From assembly GCA_965215195.1 (NCBI GenBank), contig CBDCDC010000002.1, positions 288,001 through 352,000 on the forward strand: 64,000 nucleotides of DNA. The letters run 5' to 3'. The position numbers were made by a program, and so were the translations under genes. This DNA comes from Candidatus Latescibacterota bacterium (GTDB lineage: Bacteria; Latescibacterota; UBA2968; UBA8231). Below are positions 18,006 to 27,431 of this stretch, piece after piece. Below the pieces are notes generated by a model. It was not told the origin of the DNA. It made no database searches and saw only the letters and a list, made by a program, of their open reading frames with translations. The first letter of the stretch is position 1; each line of letters opens with the position of its first letter.

Positions 18006-21000
18006 TTTTGCTGCCGGCGCCGCGGCAAACGCCTTTTCCACCTCGTCCCGATACCCTTGGCGGATCCCCGGCGACAGGGTGCGCCACACGAGGAATCGCT
18101 TGCGCAGCACATTGAGGAACTTGCGATTCATGCGCTGCCAAGAGGCCACGTCGCCGCTGAGGCGCTCGAGGTGGGTCTCAATTTTGTAGATGTGGTGCTC
18201 GCCGGTGGGAGTCGCTTGCAGGCGCACCTGCTGGCTAATCCCCAAATCGTAGGGTGCCAGCCAAGTGCGCATGGCAATGGCGTAGGACGGCTCCGGCCCG
18301 TCTGCGGCGATGGATAGCTCGATGTCGCGGGCGATGAAGTCGCCGATTGAGCCTTCGCCATAGGCGGCAAAGACCGACTTGAGGTACGCGTACATGCTCG
18401 GCACTTCGGCCCCGCCAACCGTGAAGGGAAAATCAAAGCGCCAGTGGTCGCCGACCGGCGGGGGGAATTGCCACTGCCGCGTCACGTCCGGGACGGCCAT
18501 GTTGGCCGCCAAGCGCGCTGGATACAAGGTCGATAAATAGACCGTGCCGATGACCACCACCGTAGCCCACACGGCCGACAGCGACGAGTAGTTGAGCGTC
18601 AGGCCGGCGAGCAGCCCGTAGTGCAGCACGAACAGATGGGCGATTTGGCCTAGGGCGTAGCCGACCACCGCGCCAAAGGTGGCAAACACTGTGGATTCGG
18701 CCAAGAACAGCAGGCCGATGTGGCTGGGGGCCAAGCCGACGACGCTGTAGATGCCAATTTCGCGCACGCGCTCGTACACGGCCCCCATCATGGTATTGAG
18801 CACGATCAAGGCGGCGATGATCACCGGCACCAAAAGCTGGCCGGCCCCGCTTATTTCGGTGGAGCCGATCGAGCTGTAGGCCACGACGCGATCGCCTTGG
18901 CCGACGAACAGGGTCAGGGCCACCCGCGACATAAAGGACTCCACGCGCTGGATAAATGCTGGGTCGTCCGCGGCCGCGGCAATGGCGATGGAGCGCAGGC
19001 GGCCGTCCATGGCGCGGACGCGCTGGTAGGGCAAGAACAGGGTGTTGACCACTTCGAGGTGGTTGAAGGTCTCGACTGCGGTGGCGGCCAAGGTGCGCGG
19101 GTCCTCGGTGCTCTCGCGGGTGATGAGGCCGGCGTCTTTGACTGTGTCCACGGGCGTTAGGCGCTCGCCATCGAGATCGACGACCTCCTTGAGGGCCGCG
19201 CTGTCGAACAGGCCAATGACTTGGTACTCCTCGCCGTAGAGCGCGATGGTGGCCGCACCCACGTCCGCGGCCCCAATGCCGACGAGCGCGGCCAAGCTGT
19301 CGGGCAAGATGACGGCCTTGTCGTCGCCGGCTGCAAAGAAGCGGCCGGCCGAGATGTGCGCGTCGAGGCCCGTTACTTGAGCTTCGGCCGGCTGTAGGCC
19401 CACCAAGCCGTGCGCGAAACTGGCCGCGCCGGTCGCCGTGGCTGCAAAGTCGATATAGGCCCGTTCGGATTCGACTGGCGACAAGTACCAGGCGCGCGGC
19501 ACGACCAAGGCGCGGTCGCCAAACGCGCTCTGCACGTAGTCCAAGATGGAATCCTGCATGCCGCGCCAAGCGCGGTCGCGAATGAGGCCGCCCTCGTATA
19601 GAGGCGGGGTGTCGCGCGGCAGGCGATAGAAGTCGAGGCTGGACTTGACCGAGGTAAAGGAATTGACGGTAAAGGTCAAAAAGGTCAGGGTCGCGGCCGT
19701 CAGCGCGGTGCGCAGGCGGCGTTTGCCCAAGTTGGAGATGCCCAACAGCACGGCCGCAAAACTCGCGGCCATGCGCCCCACATCGGTCTCGTGCAGGCCG
19801 GCGGCCGCGCCCTTGCGCCGCTGCAGGAGCGCCTTGAAGCGCGCGACGACGATCGCGATGACGAGGACGCCCAAGGCGAGGATGACAAACGCGAGGAAGA
19901 TGATGTACGGCGAGGAACTCAGCTTGAAGGCCGGATGGACGAAGCGCAGGATCAAAAACACGAGGACGAAGATCCCCACAAAGCCGGCGATTTGCCGCCG
20001 CACGTCCGGGAAGCCGAAGAAGAAGCGCTCGCAGAAGAAGGCAAAGGGCAACAGGAGCGCGAAGTAGAAAATCACCGCGCGGACCGCGTCGTTGGCCGTG
20101 GCCTTGACTTGCGGGTAGATACGGGCCTCTAGTCCGAGGGCGCGGCGCACTGCGCGCTGATAGCCGGTGTAATCAAAGGCCGCGAGTTTGTCGCCGGCCG
20201 CGAGCAGGGCCTCCCGCGCCTGATCGTGCATGGCCTGTAGCTGTTCGAGGACAATGCCGTGGCGCACCATTTGTTTGATCCGCGCCTCGTCAATGATCCA
20301 GATGTCGCGGGCCGCCTGCAATGCCGGGTAGGGGATGAGGCCTTGTTCAACCGGAAAGCCCGCGCCTTGGGCCCGCTCAATGGTCGTCCGATCGACGCCG
20401 GCCGGATCGAGCTCGGCGAACAGGGCCGAGTCCGCGTTGGTGAGCATGTAGCGCACGCCGGCGAGCGCGCTCTCGCCGCCAAAGGCACCCTCGCCAGCGA
20501 GAATTTTGACGCGGGTGCCCGGCTCGGCGAACACCACGCCGGCCTGCACCACCCGGTCCTGTACTGCGCTCTGGTTCTCGATGTAGCTGAGGGAAAAGGA
20601 GCGCGGCGGCGCGTCGTTGCTGCCGAGGACGTTGACGCGGTCCATGGCCGCTAGGTAGCGCGGATCGACCACCTCCAAGAAGCTGAGGGCGCGGCAGCGA
20701 AACAGGACCTGCAACATGCGGTTTTCCCACCAGCCGTACGGCTGGGTGCCCGGGTAGGTTTTGTCGCCCTCCTCGCCGAGATCGGGCGCAGAGACGATGC
20801 GGCCGTATTCGTCGAGTTCAAAGGCTTGGATGCGGTTGGCAAAGCGGTTGCGCACAATGTCGAACTTGAAGTACCCGCTTTCGTCCCCGTGCGTGGCCAT
20901 GAGGGTGCGTACGCCGGCCACGGAGTTGGGGCCGGGCTGGAGATAGGTGACGAGCGCGTTGGGCACCGGGGCCTTGGGCACGGCAAAATTCACGTCGCGG

Positions 21001-22595
21001 TCGAACCAGTAGATGTTGCCCTCTAAGCTGTGCCCCCAATCGCGCAGGGTCAGCTTGGTGTCGTTGAAGAAGTCCGGGTCGGAAGCGGCCTTGAGCATCA
21101 GCCCGGCTATGGTGCGGGTCTGTTCGGCGAGCTCGTTGAGCGCGACGAATTCGAGCCGGTCGAGGGGCGTATCCACGCGCTGGCGCAGTTGGTTGGGCGT
21201 GACCAAAGAGAGCGCTTCCTTGCCCACGAAGGCCGCGGCCTCGCTGTCGAGGGCCAGCCGCACGGGCATGAAGTTTTTCCACACCCGCTTCTGCGGGGCC
21301 ACGGCGTCTTGGTAGCGAGTCGAGTCGGCGAAAATTTCGCGGTTGTAGCGGGCAAAGCGCACAGCGTAGTGCGCCATCAAGTTCTTCTGATAGTCGTCGT
21401 TGCGCCAAGCCGAGTTGTAGAACGTGCCCATGGTGAAGCTGCCGACCCGGGAGCTGTGGCTGGCCAAGTCGAGGCCGACGAAGAGGCGGAAGTCAATGCG
21501 CTCGGCCGGCCGGATCTGGCGGCGGAAATGCTCGCTTTTGCGCGCGTGGCGGGAGAGGAAATCGTTGACGCCGGCCAAGCCCTGAAAGTGCCCGGGAGTG
21601 GCCAAAAAGAGCACGGTGTAGCGGGTGCCTTCGGCCACGAGCAAGCGGGCGATTTCGAGCAGCGCGGCCATGCCGGTCGCGCTCTCGGCCCCCGGGGCCA
21701 GTGCCGGGACGACCGAGATCGCGTCGTAGTGCGCTTGCAGGACGATGATTTGGTCGCCCCACTGTTGGATTTCGCGGCGCTGACCCGGCGGCATGTCCGC
21801 GGCCAAGCCCGGAAGGACGGCGAATACATTGCGCGCTTGGACCTGCTCCCAGTCCATGCGCGCTTGGAGATGCACTTGGGCGTCGCCGCTGCGCGCTTGC
21901 TGCCGCAGGATTTCCGCGCCTGCTGCTTCCACCCAAAAGCGCGGGATGTCCACGGGCACTTGGAGGAACTTATCGGCCGCCTCGCTGCGCGTGACCCGGC
22001 CATCGTCGTACAGCAAGATGGCTTGCGCGCCCAAGGCCCGCGCTTGGACGTGGGCCTTGCCCGAGCCAAACCCCATCAGCGCGATGCTGCCGGCTAGCCG
22101 CTTCCCATCCATTTCGGCTAAGCTGCCGCGCCCCAAGTCTATGAGGTGGCCGGAGATGCCGCCCGGCCGCAGGGACGGGGAGCGCACGTGGTTGGGCCAC
22201 AAGCCGTAGATGGGAATGGCTTCGTCTGAGCCAGCCAAGCGTAGCTGACCGCCGCGATCTAGGGGGACCGAAACGGAAAAAAATTCGCTGGTGACGTGGA
22301 GGCCGAGGCGGCCGAATTCCCCTTCGATATAGCGGGCTGCGTTCTCGGCCCCGGCATAGCCGGTGACGCGGGACGAGTCCGCGGTGAGGATGCGGAGGTG
22401 GCGCTCTAGATCGGCGGCGTTTATTTGCGCGACAGCTTCGCGCAGCGAGGGCGCTTGGTCGGTGGGCGGAGATTCGCGCAGGGGCACCCAGCCAATGGCC
22501 CGTTCAATCCAGCGCGAAATGGTAGCTGGATCAAAGGCCGTGACCGATAGCAGAAAGAAGGCCGCAATGGCGAATAGGAGGAACTTGGTCAGCAT
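18003..22595 (-). CDS. Large membrane protein: M28 peptidase-like domain plus FtsX/MacB-type permease
   Basis: SRVTGYAG, QAHYD, PGAESATG.AALLEIAR near the N-terminus. NLGKRRLRTALT and VYERVREIGIYSVVGLAP...FLAES (FtsX) near the C-terminus. Confidence 0.8.
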   Translation of the reverse strand: MLTKFLLFAIAAFFLLSVTAFDPATISRWIERAIGWVPLRESPPTDQAPSLREAVAQINAADLERHLRILTADSSRVTGYAGAENAARYIEGEFGRLGLHVTSEFFSVSVPLDRGGQLRLAGSDEAIPIYGLWPNHVRSPSLRPGGISGHLIDLGRGSLAEMDGKRLAGSIALMGFGSGKAHVQARALGAQAILLYDDGRVTRSEAADKFLQVPVDIPRFWVEAAGAEILRQQARSGDAQVHLQARMDWEQVQARNVFAVLPGLAADMPPGQRREIQQWGDQIIVLQAHYDAISVVPALAPGAESATGMAALLEIARLLVAEGTRYTVLFLATPGHFQGLAGVNDFLSRHARKSEHFRRQIRPAERIDFRLFVGLDLASHSSRVGSFTMGTFYNSAWRNDDYQKNLMAHYAVRFARYNREIFADSTRYQDAVAPQKRVWKNFMPVRLALDSEAAAFVGKEALSLVTPNQLRQRVDTPLDRLEFVALNELAEQTRTIAGLMLKAASDPDFFNDTKLTLRDWGHSLEGNIYWFDRDVNFAVPKAPVPNALVTYLQPGPNSVAGVRTLMATHGDESGYFKFDIVRNRFANRIQAFELDEYGRIVSAPDLGEEGDKTYPGTQPYGWWENRMLQVLFRCRALSFLEVVDPRYLAAMDRVNVLGSNDAPPRSFSLSYIENQSAVQDRVVQAGVVFAEPGTRVKILAGEGAFGGESALAGVRYMLTNADSALFAELDPAGVDRTTIERAQGAGFPVEQGLIPYPALQAARDIWIIDEARIKQMVRHGIVLEQLQAMHDQAREALLAAGDKLAAFDYTGYQRAVRRALGLEARIYPQVKATANDAVRAVIFYFALLLPFAFFCERFFFGFPDVRRQIAGFVGIFVLVFLILRFVHPAFKLSSSPYIIFLAFVILALGVLVIAIVVARFKALLQRRKGAAAGLHETDVGRMAASFAAVLLGISNLGKRRLRTALTAATLTFLTFTVNSFTSVKSSLDFYRLPRDTPPLYEGGLIRDRAWRGMQDSILDYVQSAFGDRALVVPRAWYLSPVESERAYIDFAATATGAASFAHGLVGLQPAEAQVTGLDAHISAGRFFAAGDDKAVILPDSLAALVGIGAADVGAATIALYGEEYQVIGLFDSAALKEVVDLDGERLTPVDTVKDAGLITRESTEDPRTLAATAVETFNHLEVVNTLFLPYQRVRAMDGRLRSIAIAAAADDPAFIQRVESFMSRVALTLFVGQGDRVVAYSSIGSTEISGAGQLLVPVIIAALIVLNTMMGAVYERVREIGIYSVVGLAPSHIGLLFLAESTVFATFGAVVGYALGQIAHLFVLHYGLLAGLTLNYSSLSAVWATVVVIGTVYLSTLYPARLAANMAVPDVTRQWQFPPPVGDHWRFDFPFTVGGAEVPSMYAYLKSVFAAYGEGSIGDFIARDIELSIAADGPEPSYAIAMRTWLAPYDLGISQQVRLQATPTGEHHIYKIETHLERLSGDVASWQRMNRKFLNVLRKRFLVWRTLSPGIRQGYRDEVEKAFAAAPAAK

Positions 22596-22620
22596 TGAAC
22601 GGAGGCTGGCACCAGACAGC

Positions 22621-22647
22621 AAAAGAGGCAGGCCGCAGCCTGCCTCT
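22621..22647 (-). terminator. Rho-independent terminator
   Basis: Stem AGAGGCAGGC-CGCA-GCCTGCCTCT followed by TTTT on the minus strand, after the gene ending at 22673. Confidence 0.65.
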
Positions 22648-22672
22648 AGGCTATCCGACTGGGCTGGTTTGG

Positions 22673-23437
22673 CTAGTTAGCGGCCAGTTTGTCGATGTTT
22701 TTGACCTTCTGAATGTCGCGCTTGAAGCGGAAGTGGAGGTCGATGGTCTCCACAGGTTCGTTGCGGAAGTCGTAGCGCAGCCCGAACTCGGGAATCTCAA
22801 CGGTGATCTCGGCTACGTCGTCGTGAATTTTGGAGAAGGCCACGTAGCCTTCGACCACTTGCCCGGAGAAGCAGAACTCGTCGTCTGGGTACTTGGAATA
22901 GTTGTAAAGGTCGCTGCGCTCGTCGAAGCGCAATTTGCCCAAGCCATTGAAAGCTATGGGGAAGCGCCGGAAGTACTCCTCCACGTCATAACTCCCCCAA
23001 GGATAATAGTGCCGCCCATTCGCCGACTCCACGGTCACCATGAGCGGGTCGAACTTAACTTTGGGGTATTCGTAGTTTTTGACCGTGATCTTGAAAATGG
23101 ACAAGCGCTGCGGCGACTTGCCCGTGCGCGGATCGATCCAATTGCCATAGGTGAACGGGTTGGACGGCAGCTCGTCGGCTGGGCCGCCGGCGTTGGTGGA
23201 CTCGGCCGGGTACTGGCGGTTGAGCTCCTCGTCGGTCATGGGCCGCACGGACACTTCGAGGCGGTTTTGCACGAAGGTGACCGTGCCGTCGTCGAGGATT
23301 TTCATGCTCGACCCTTGAACGTCGGTCTGCTGCTGGGCCGCCTCAAAGGGCTGAAACTGCCCGGGGACTAGGTAGTGGCCGCAGCCCCACAAGAGGGCCG
23401 CAGCGGCGAGGATGGAAACTTTTTTGTACGCGTACAT
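22673..23437 (-). CDS. Hypothetical lipoprotein
   Basis: GAGGAG RBS, MYAYKKVSILAAAALLWGC lipobox. Confidence 0.75.
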   Translation of the reverse strand: MYAYKKVSILAAAALLWGCGHYLVPGQFQPFEAAQQQTDVQGSSMKILDDGTVTFVQNRLEVSVRPMTDEELNRQYPAESTNAGGPADELPSNPFTYGNWIDPRTGKSPQRLSIFKITVKNYEYPKVKFDPLMVTVESANGRHYYPWGSYDVEEYFRRFPIAFNGLGKLRFDERSDLYNYSKYPDDEFCFSGQVVEGYVAFSKIHDDVAEITVEIPEFGLRYDFRNEPVETIDLHFRFKRDIQKVKNIDKLAAN

Positions 23438-23459
23438 GGAACACTCCTCTCTAACAAGC

Positions 23460-24761
23460 TCATAGCTCGACTGGGTTGGCGGCCTGTCGCCGCCGGGAGA
23501 CAAACTTCCCCAACTGCCCTTCTTCCACCGCGACGACCGCGGCGTATTTCTCGCGCAATTGCGCGATGTAGCGGTCGAACAGGGGCGCGGCTTGGGCGTC
23601 GCGCAAATCGCGCCCGACTTGCGCTTGCAACTTGCGCCCGAATGCGCCCGAGCGGGCGTAGCGTTGCGCATTGGCCTCGTAAAAGGCGCGCACCTGCGCG
23701 GGGTCGCTTTGGATGTGCGCGAAAATTTTCCGCTCCCACAAGGCTTGGATCAGCTTCTGTTCGCGCACCTTGGCGCGGCGCGGCTCCAACTCGGCGTACA
23801 GGCCGTACTTGCGCGCTTCCTGCGGCAAAATCTGGTCCGCGACAAAGGCCCGCGTCACCTTAAATCCGAGGGCGCTGACATCGGCCGGCCGCGGCTCGGC
23901 CTCTGCCCCGAGCCGGACGAGGGCCTGCTGGTAGTCGGCCGCGCTCCAGTCGCCTGTGGCACTGCGGATCAACCGCACCTCCGGCCGCGCCGCGCCCGCG
24001 GCGAGCTGCCGCAACCCGGCGGTGTCCACCTGCACCGCGTACTGGCTGGTCAATTTCTCTAGATAGGCCAAGTTCGCCTGTTGCTTCTTGTGCCGGCTCA
24101 GGGCCGCTTCCACGAGCGGGCGGCGCTCGGCCAACGAGACCGTGCGCTCGGCCGCAATGGCGATCACCCAATAGTGCCCGTCGGTTTCCACCAATTCAAC
24201 GGCCCCCACTTCCCGTAGGAACAAGGCGGCCATGCGCACGTCGCCCGCGTTGAGCGCGTTGAGCCACCCGCTTTCGCTCCACTCCCCGTCCAACTCCGCC
24301 CCATCCTGAGCCTTTCTGAGCACCTTTAGCGCCGCGGCCCGCTCGCGCACGGGCAAGCGACGCAGGCGAATTTCGCGGCCCGCGCCCGACTCGGCGAAGA
24401 ATTCCGCCAGCTCAGTTTCCGCATAAGCCAACTGCTCGCCCATCTCGCGCACGAGCAATTGCTCGACTAGCTCCTTGCGCTCCCAAGCCGCCATGGCAGC
24501 GGCGACCGCTTGGTCTAGCCCTTGGGCGCGGGCTTCGAGCAGTAGGAGCTCTTTGTCGATGAGGGCCTGAAATTGGCGTCGCCAATCCGCGAGGGGCTGG
24601 GCCTCGCTGCCAGCGGGCAATTTTTCCAAGGCCGCGGCAAAATCCCGCTCCCGGATCTGGACCTCACCCACCCGGGCCAAGACCGCCGACGCGCTTTCTG
24701 GCGGCGCGTCCGCACAAGACCAGACCCCTAGGCTGAGGAAGGTGGCGATTAGAAGCTCCAT
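23460..24761 (-). CDS. SurA/PrsA-like foldase lipoprotein (degenerate rotamase)
   Basis: VWSC lipobox, VLARVGEVQI, LIDKELLLLEARAQGLD, VRAFYEAN. Confidence 0.7.
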   Translation of the reverse strand: MELLIATFLSLGVWSCADAPPESASAVLARVGEVQIRERDFAAALEKLPAGSEAQPLADWRRQFQALIDKELLLLEARAQGLDQAVAAAMAAWERKELVEQLLVREMGEQLAYAETELAEFFAESGAGREIRLRRLPVRERAAALKVLRKAQDGAELDGEWSESGWLNALNAGDVRMAALFLREVGAVELVETDGHYWVIAIAAERTVSLAERRPLVEAALSRHKKQQANLAYLEKLTSQYAVQVDTAGLRQLAAGAARPEVRLIRSATGDWSAADYQQALVRLGAEAEPRPADVSALGFKVTRAFVADQILPQEARKYGLYAELEPRRAKVREQKLIQALWERKIFAHIQSDPAQVRAFYEANAQRYARSGAFGRKLQAQVGRDLRDAQAAPLFDRYIAQLREKYAAVVAVEEGQLGKFVSRRRQAANPVEL

Positions 24762-27361
24762 CCTCTTCTTTCGGCTGGCCGACCCCCCAAGCGCTCCTCC
24801 TCTTGCCCGACGTAGAGCTCGATGAAGGCAATGGTATTGCTCACGTCTTGGTCGGTGAGGTTGGCAAAGTTGATGTCGTTGACCTGAAAGCCCACGTTGG
24901 ACGTGACGCTGTACCCTAGGTACTGCACCCGGTTGGTGTACTGCACGGTGAACACCTTGCCGATGAAGTCGTCGATGTACTCGGGCGGCAGCGGGTCTGG
25001 GATCGCCTCGGCATTGCGGAAAATTATGGCCTCCACCCCGACCTCAACGCGGCTTCGCGTCAGCACCGGGAACACGGCCGACAGGGAAAAAATTTCGCTT
25101 AATTCGTTGATCTCGAGCAGGACGGTGCGCGGTTGGGTGCGCTTGCGCCACATGTTTTTCCAGCGCGGGATCAAGGTGACGTTGCGCCCAATGGAAAACG
25201 GATAGTCCGCCTTGTTGATCACGCCTAAGAACGCGCTGTCGCGGAGGCGCTCGGCCGCTTGGTCGCGCTGCTTGAAGTGATCGAGGCGGAACTTGTTGGT
25301 AAAGGTCAGGTTGCCGCGGGTGTACTTGTAGCCGACGAAGCTCTGATTGACGATGGTGTTTTCGGTGATTAGGGGGTCGTCAAAAGGCTGCAAGCCGCCA
25401 ATGGAGCCGGGGCGCTGCACCCATTGCAGCAGGTTGTCGGCGATGTCGTCTTCGACGAACTTGAGCATGTGGAAGACCTCGAACTTGCCCGTCCTAGCGA
25501 CATTGCGCACTGCGCTGAGCAACGCGTACGCGGCTGTTGACCGCTCTTCGCCGGCGATCAGCCACTCGCGGTTGCGACCTACGGTGATATTGATGCCCGG
25601 ATAAATCTCAAGGCCTCCGTACGCGTTCCAGCCGCGATGGCCCTTGCGGTAGGGATAGTCGGCCTCGTCGTCGTTTTCAAAGCGATCCACCACGGTGTTG
25701 TGGTTCATATCGACGCCGAAGAGGAAGTCGGGCGGGTCGATGTAGTGGCGCAGGAACGGCTCTTCGTAGTCCGGGGTGAGGTTGGAGTTTTCGTTGAAGT
25801 CCGAGAGCAGGTCGTTGTTTTCGTCGAGCCCGGGGAAGACGGCGTTGTCGCCTGCATCGCCAAAGCGCGGCCAATCCACGAGCTGGTCTTGATCGTCGTT
25901 GTCGTCGATGTACTCGAACCAGTTCTGCCGCTGATTTTCGTAATCCACGACATCGTTTTGGTCGGTGATGTACCCGCGCGTGGTGTACCCGTAGTCCATG
26001 CTGAACACTTCGCCGTAGCCAAAGTAGCGGCCCGTGCGGCGCGTGGCGTTGACAAACCAAGCATCGGCCGTGCGGTCGCTCTTTTTGAGGTTGCTCAGTT
26101 TCTGGATGTTGATGTTGGGATAGCGCTGAAACTGGGTATTGCGCGCAAATTCGCCGCGCACCTCCACCCCCCAGACATCCTCGACGACCAGATCTACGCT
26201 GGCAATTTGGTTGGCCGAGGGCAGCCCATAGTCAAAGCGGACGACGCGCTGGTTGGTGTTGTCGCGCACATTGCCTTCGGCGCGGGTGATCGGCAAAAAG
26301 ATGGGCTGGCCGTTGATATTCGTCTGCAAGTTGGAGGTTATCTCCACTCGGTAGTCATTGGAGAGCACCATGGCAAAGCTGACCTTTTGCACCACCAGCG
26401 GGTCGGGCACTCGGTAGCGGAGGAGGATCGGGGCCTCTTCGAGGGCTTCGAGAAAGCCCTCGCGCTGGCGGCCCCCCTCAATGGTGGGATTAACGGAAGT
26501 CTCTTGGCCATCGACGATCATCTGCGCCGAGAAGAACAGGGCACCGGAGCCATCGCCGGGCGAGTCGTCGGCAATGCGGATGACGATTTCGGTGACGTTG
26601 CCCGAATTCTGGCTGCTGGTCAGCAAGCCGGCGCGCGAGTTTTCCGAGAAATTGCTGCTCGCCGAGCCGAAGTTCGTATTGACATACGTGGCCCCTAAGC
26701 TCATGAAGTCGCCGATTTGGGTAGCACCGCGCAGGCCGATGAAGTTGGTGAAGTCCGTGTCTTGCACCCGGTTGGAACCCTGTACTGCCCGCACGGGCTG
26801 ATTGACGCGCGACAGCAGGACCGTGGTCTCGTACTTGTCAGACGCAAAGTCCCATTGGACGCCGTTGAAGCGCGAGCGGCTGAAGGTCAGCGGGGTCAGG
26901 GTCGTGCGGATCTGATCGCCGATGGTCAGAGCGGAGTAGTACTGGCCCTTGGAGTCTGCGGCTACGACTAGGTTTTGGAAATAAGCGTTGAATTTGGCGT
27001 CTTTGAAGACCGTGCTGCCGAAGGCGAGCGGCTGCTGCTGACGCCACTCGTAGATGCGCCAGCCACGGGTGACCCAGTTGCCGAAAATGTCGTACTGGCC
27101 CGTGCCCTCTAGGTGCGTGGAGACGTAGCGCTGATACGGTTCCTTGGCGTAGTTGGTGTACTTGTAGCCTCCCCAGTGGTAGATGTAGTAGAGATCTTGG
27201 GGCACGTACCACTTGCGCAGGGTTGGGATCAGGGGGTCGAAGCCCTCGATCCTAACCTGCGATGTAGCGCCGCGCTCGCGCCCCGGGGTCGCCGCTTGGA
27301 CGCTGGACGCCGCAACGGCTAGGACCAGCAGGGCAACCCCCCAGAACATAACTTTGTGCAT
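24749..27361 (-). CDS. Large secreted protein, probable outer-membrane protein with Asp-rich Ca-binding-like loops
   Basis: Signal peptide, DDNDDQD / GLDENNDLLSDFNEN / DMNHN motifs, amphipathic beta-strand-like C-terminal third, terminal Phe. Confidence 0.6.
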   Translation of the reverse strand: MHKVMFWGVALLVLAVAASSVQAATPGRERGATSQVRIEGFDPLIPTLRKWYVPQDLYYIYHWGGYKYTNYAKEPYQRYVSTHLEGTGQYDIFGNWVTRGWRIYEWRQQQPLAFGSTVFKDAKFNAYFQNLVVAADSKGQYYSALTIGDQIRTTLTPLTFSRSRFNGVQWDFASDKYETTVLLSRVNQPVRAVQGSNRVQDTDFTNFIGLRGATQIGDFMSLGATYVNTNFGSASSNFSENSRAGLLTSSQNSGNVTEIVIRIADDSPGDGSGALFFSAQMIVDGQETSVNPTIEGGRQREGFLEALEEAPILLRYRVPDPLVVQKVSFAMVLSNDYRVEITSNLQTNINGQPIFLPITRAEGNVRDNTNQRVVRFDYGLPSANQIASVDLVVEDVWGVEVRGEFARNTQFQRYPNINIQKLSNLKKSDRTADAWFVNATRRTGRYFGYGEVFSMDYGYTTRGYITDQNDVVDYENQRQNWFEYIDDNDDQDQLVDWPRFGDAGDNAVFPGLDENNDLLSDFNENSNLTPDYEEPFLRHYIDPPDFLFGVDMNHNTVVDRFENDDEADYPYRKGHRGWNAYGGLEIYPGINITVGRNREWLIAGEERSTAAYALLSAVRNVARTGKFEVFHMLKFVEDDIADNLLQWVQRPGSIGGLQPFDDPLITENTIVNQSFVGYKYTRGNLTFTNKFRLDHFKQRDQAAERLRDSAFLGVINKADYPFSIGRNVTLIPRWKNMWRKRTQPRTVLLEINELSEIFSLSAVFPVLTRSRVEVGVEAIIFRNAEAIPDPLPPEYIDDFIGKVFTVQYTNRVQYLGYSVTSNVGFQVNDINFANLTDQDVSNTIAFIELYVGQEEERLGGRPAERRGWSF

Positions 27362-27431
27362 AACAACTCTCCCTTAAAAGCGTTTTTAGTGGTCGGTGGT
27401 CAGCGCGGTGCGGGGACTGGCCACTAATCCA

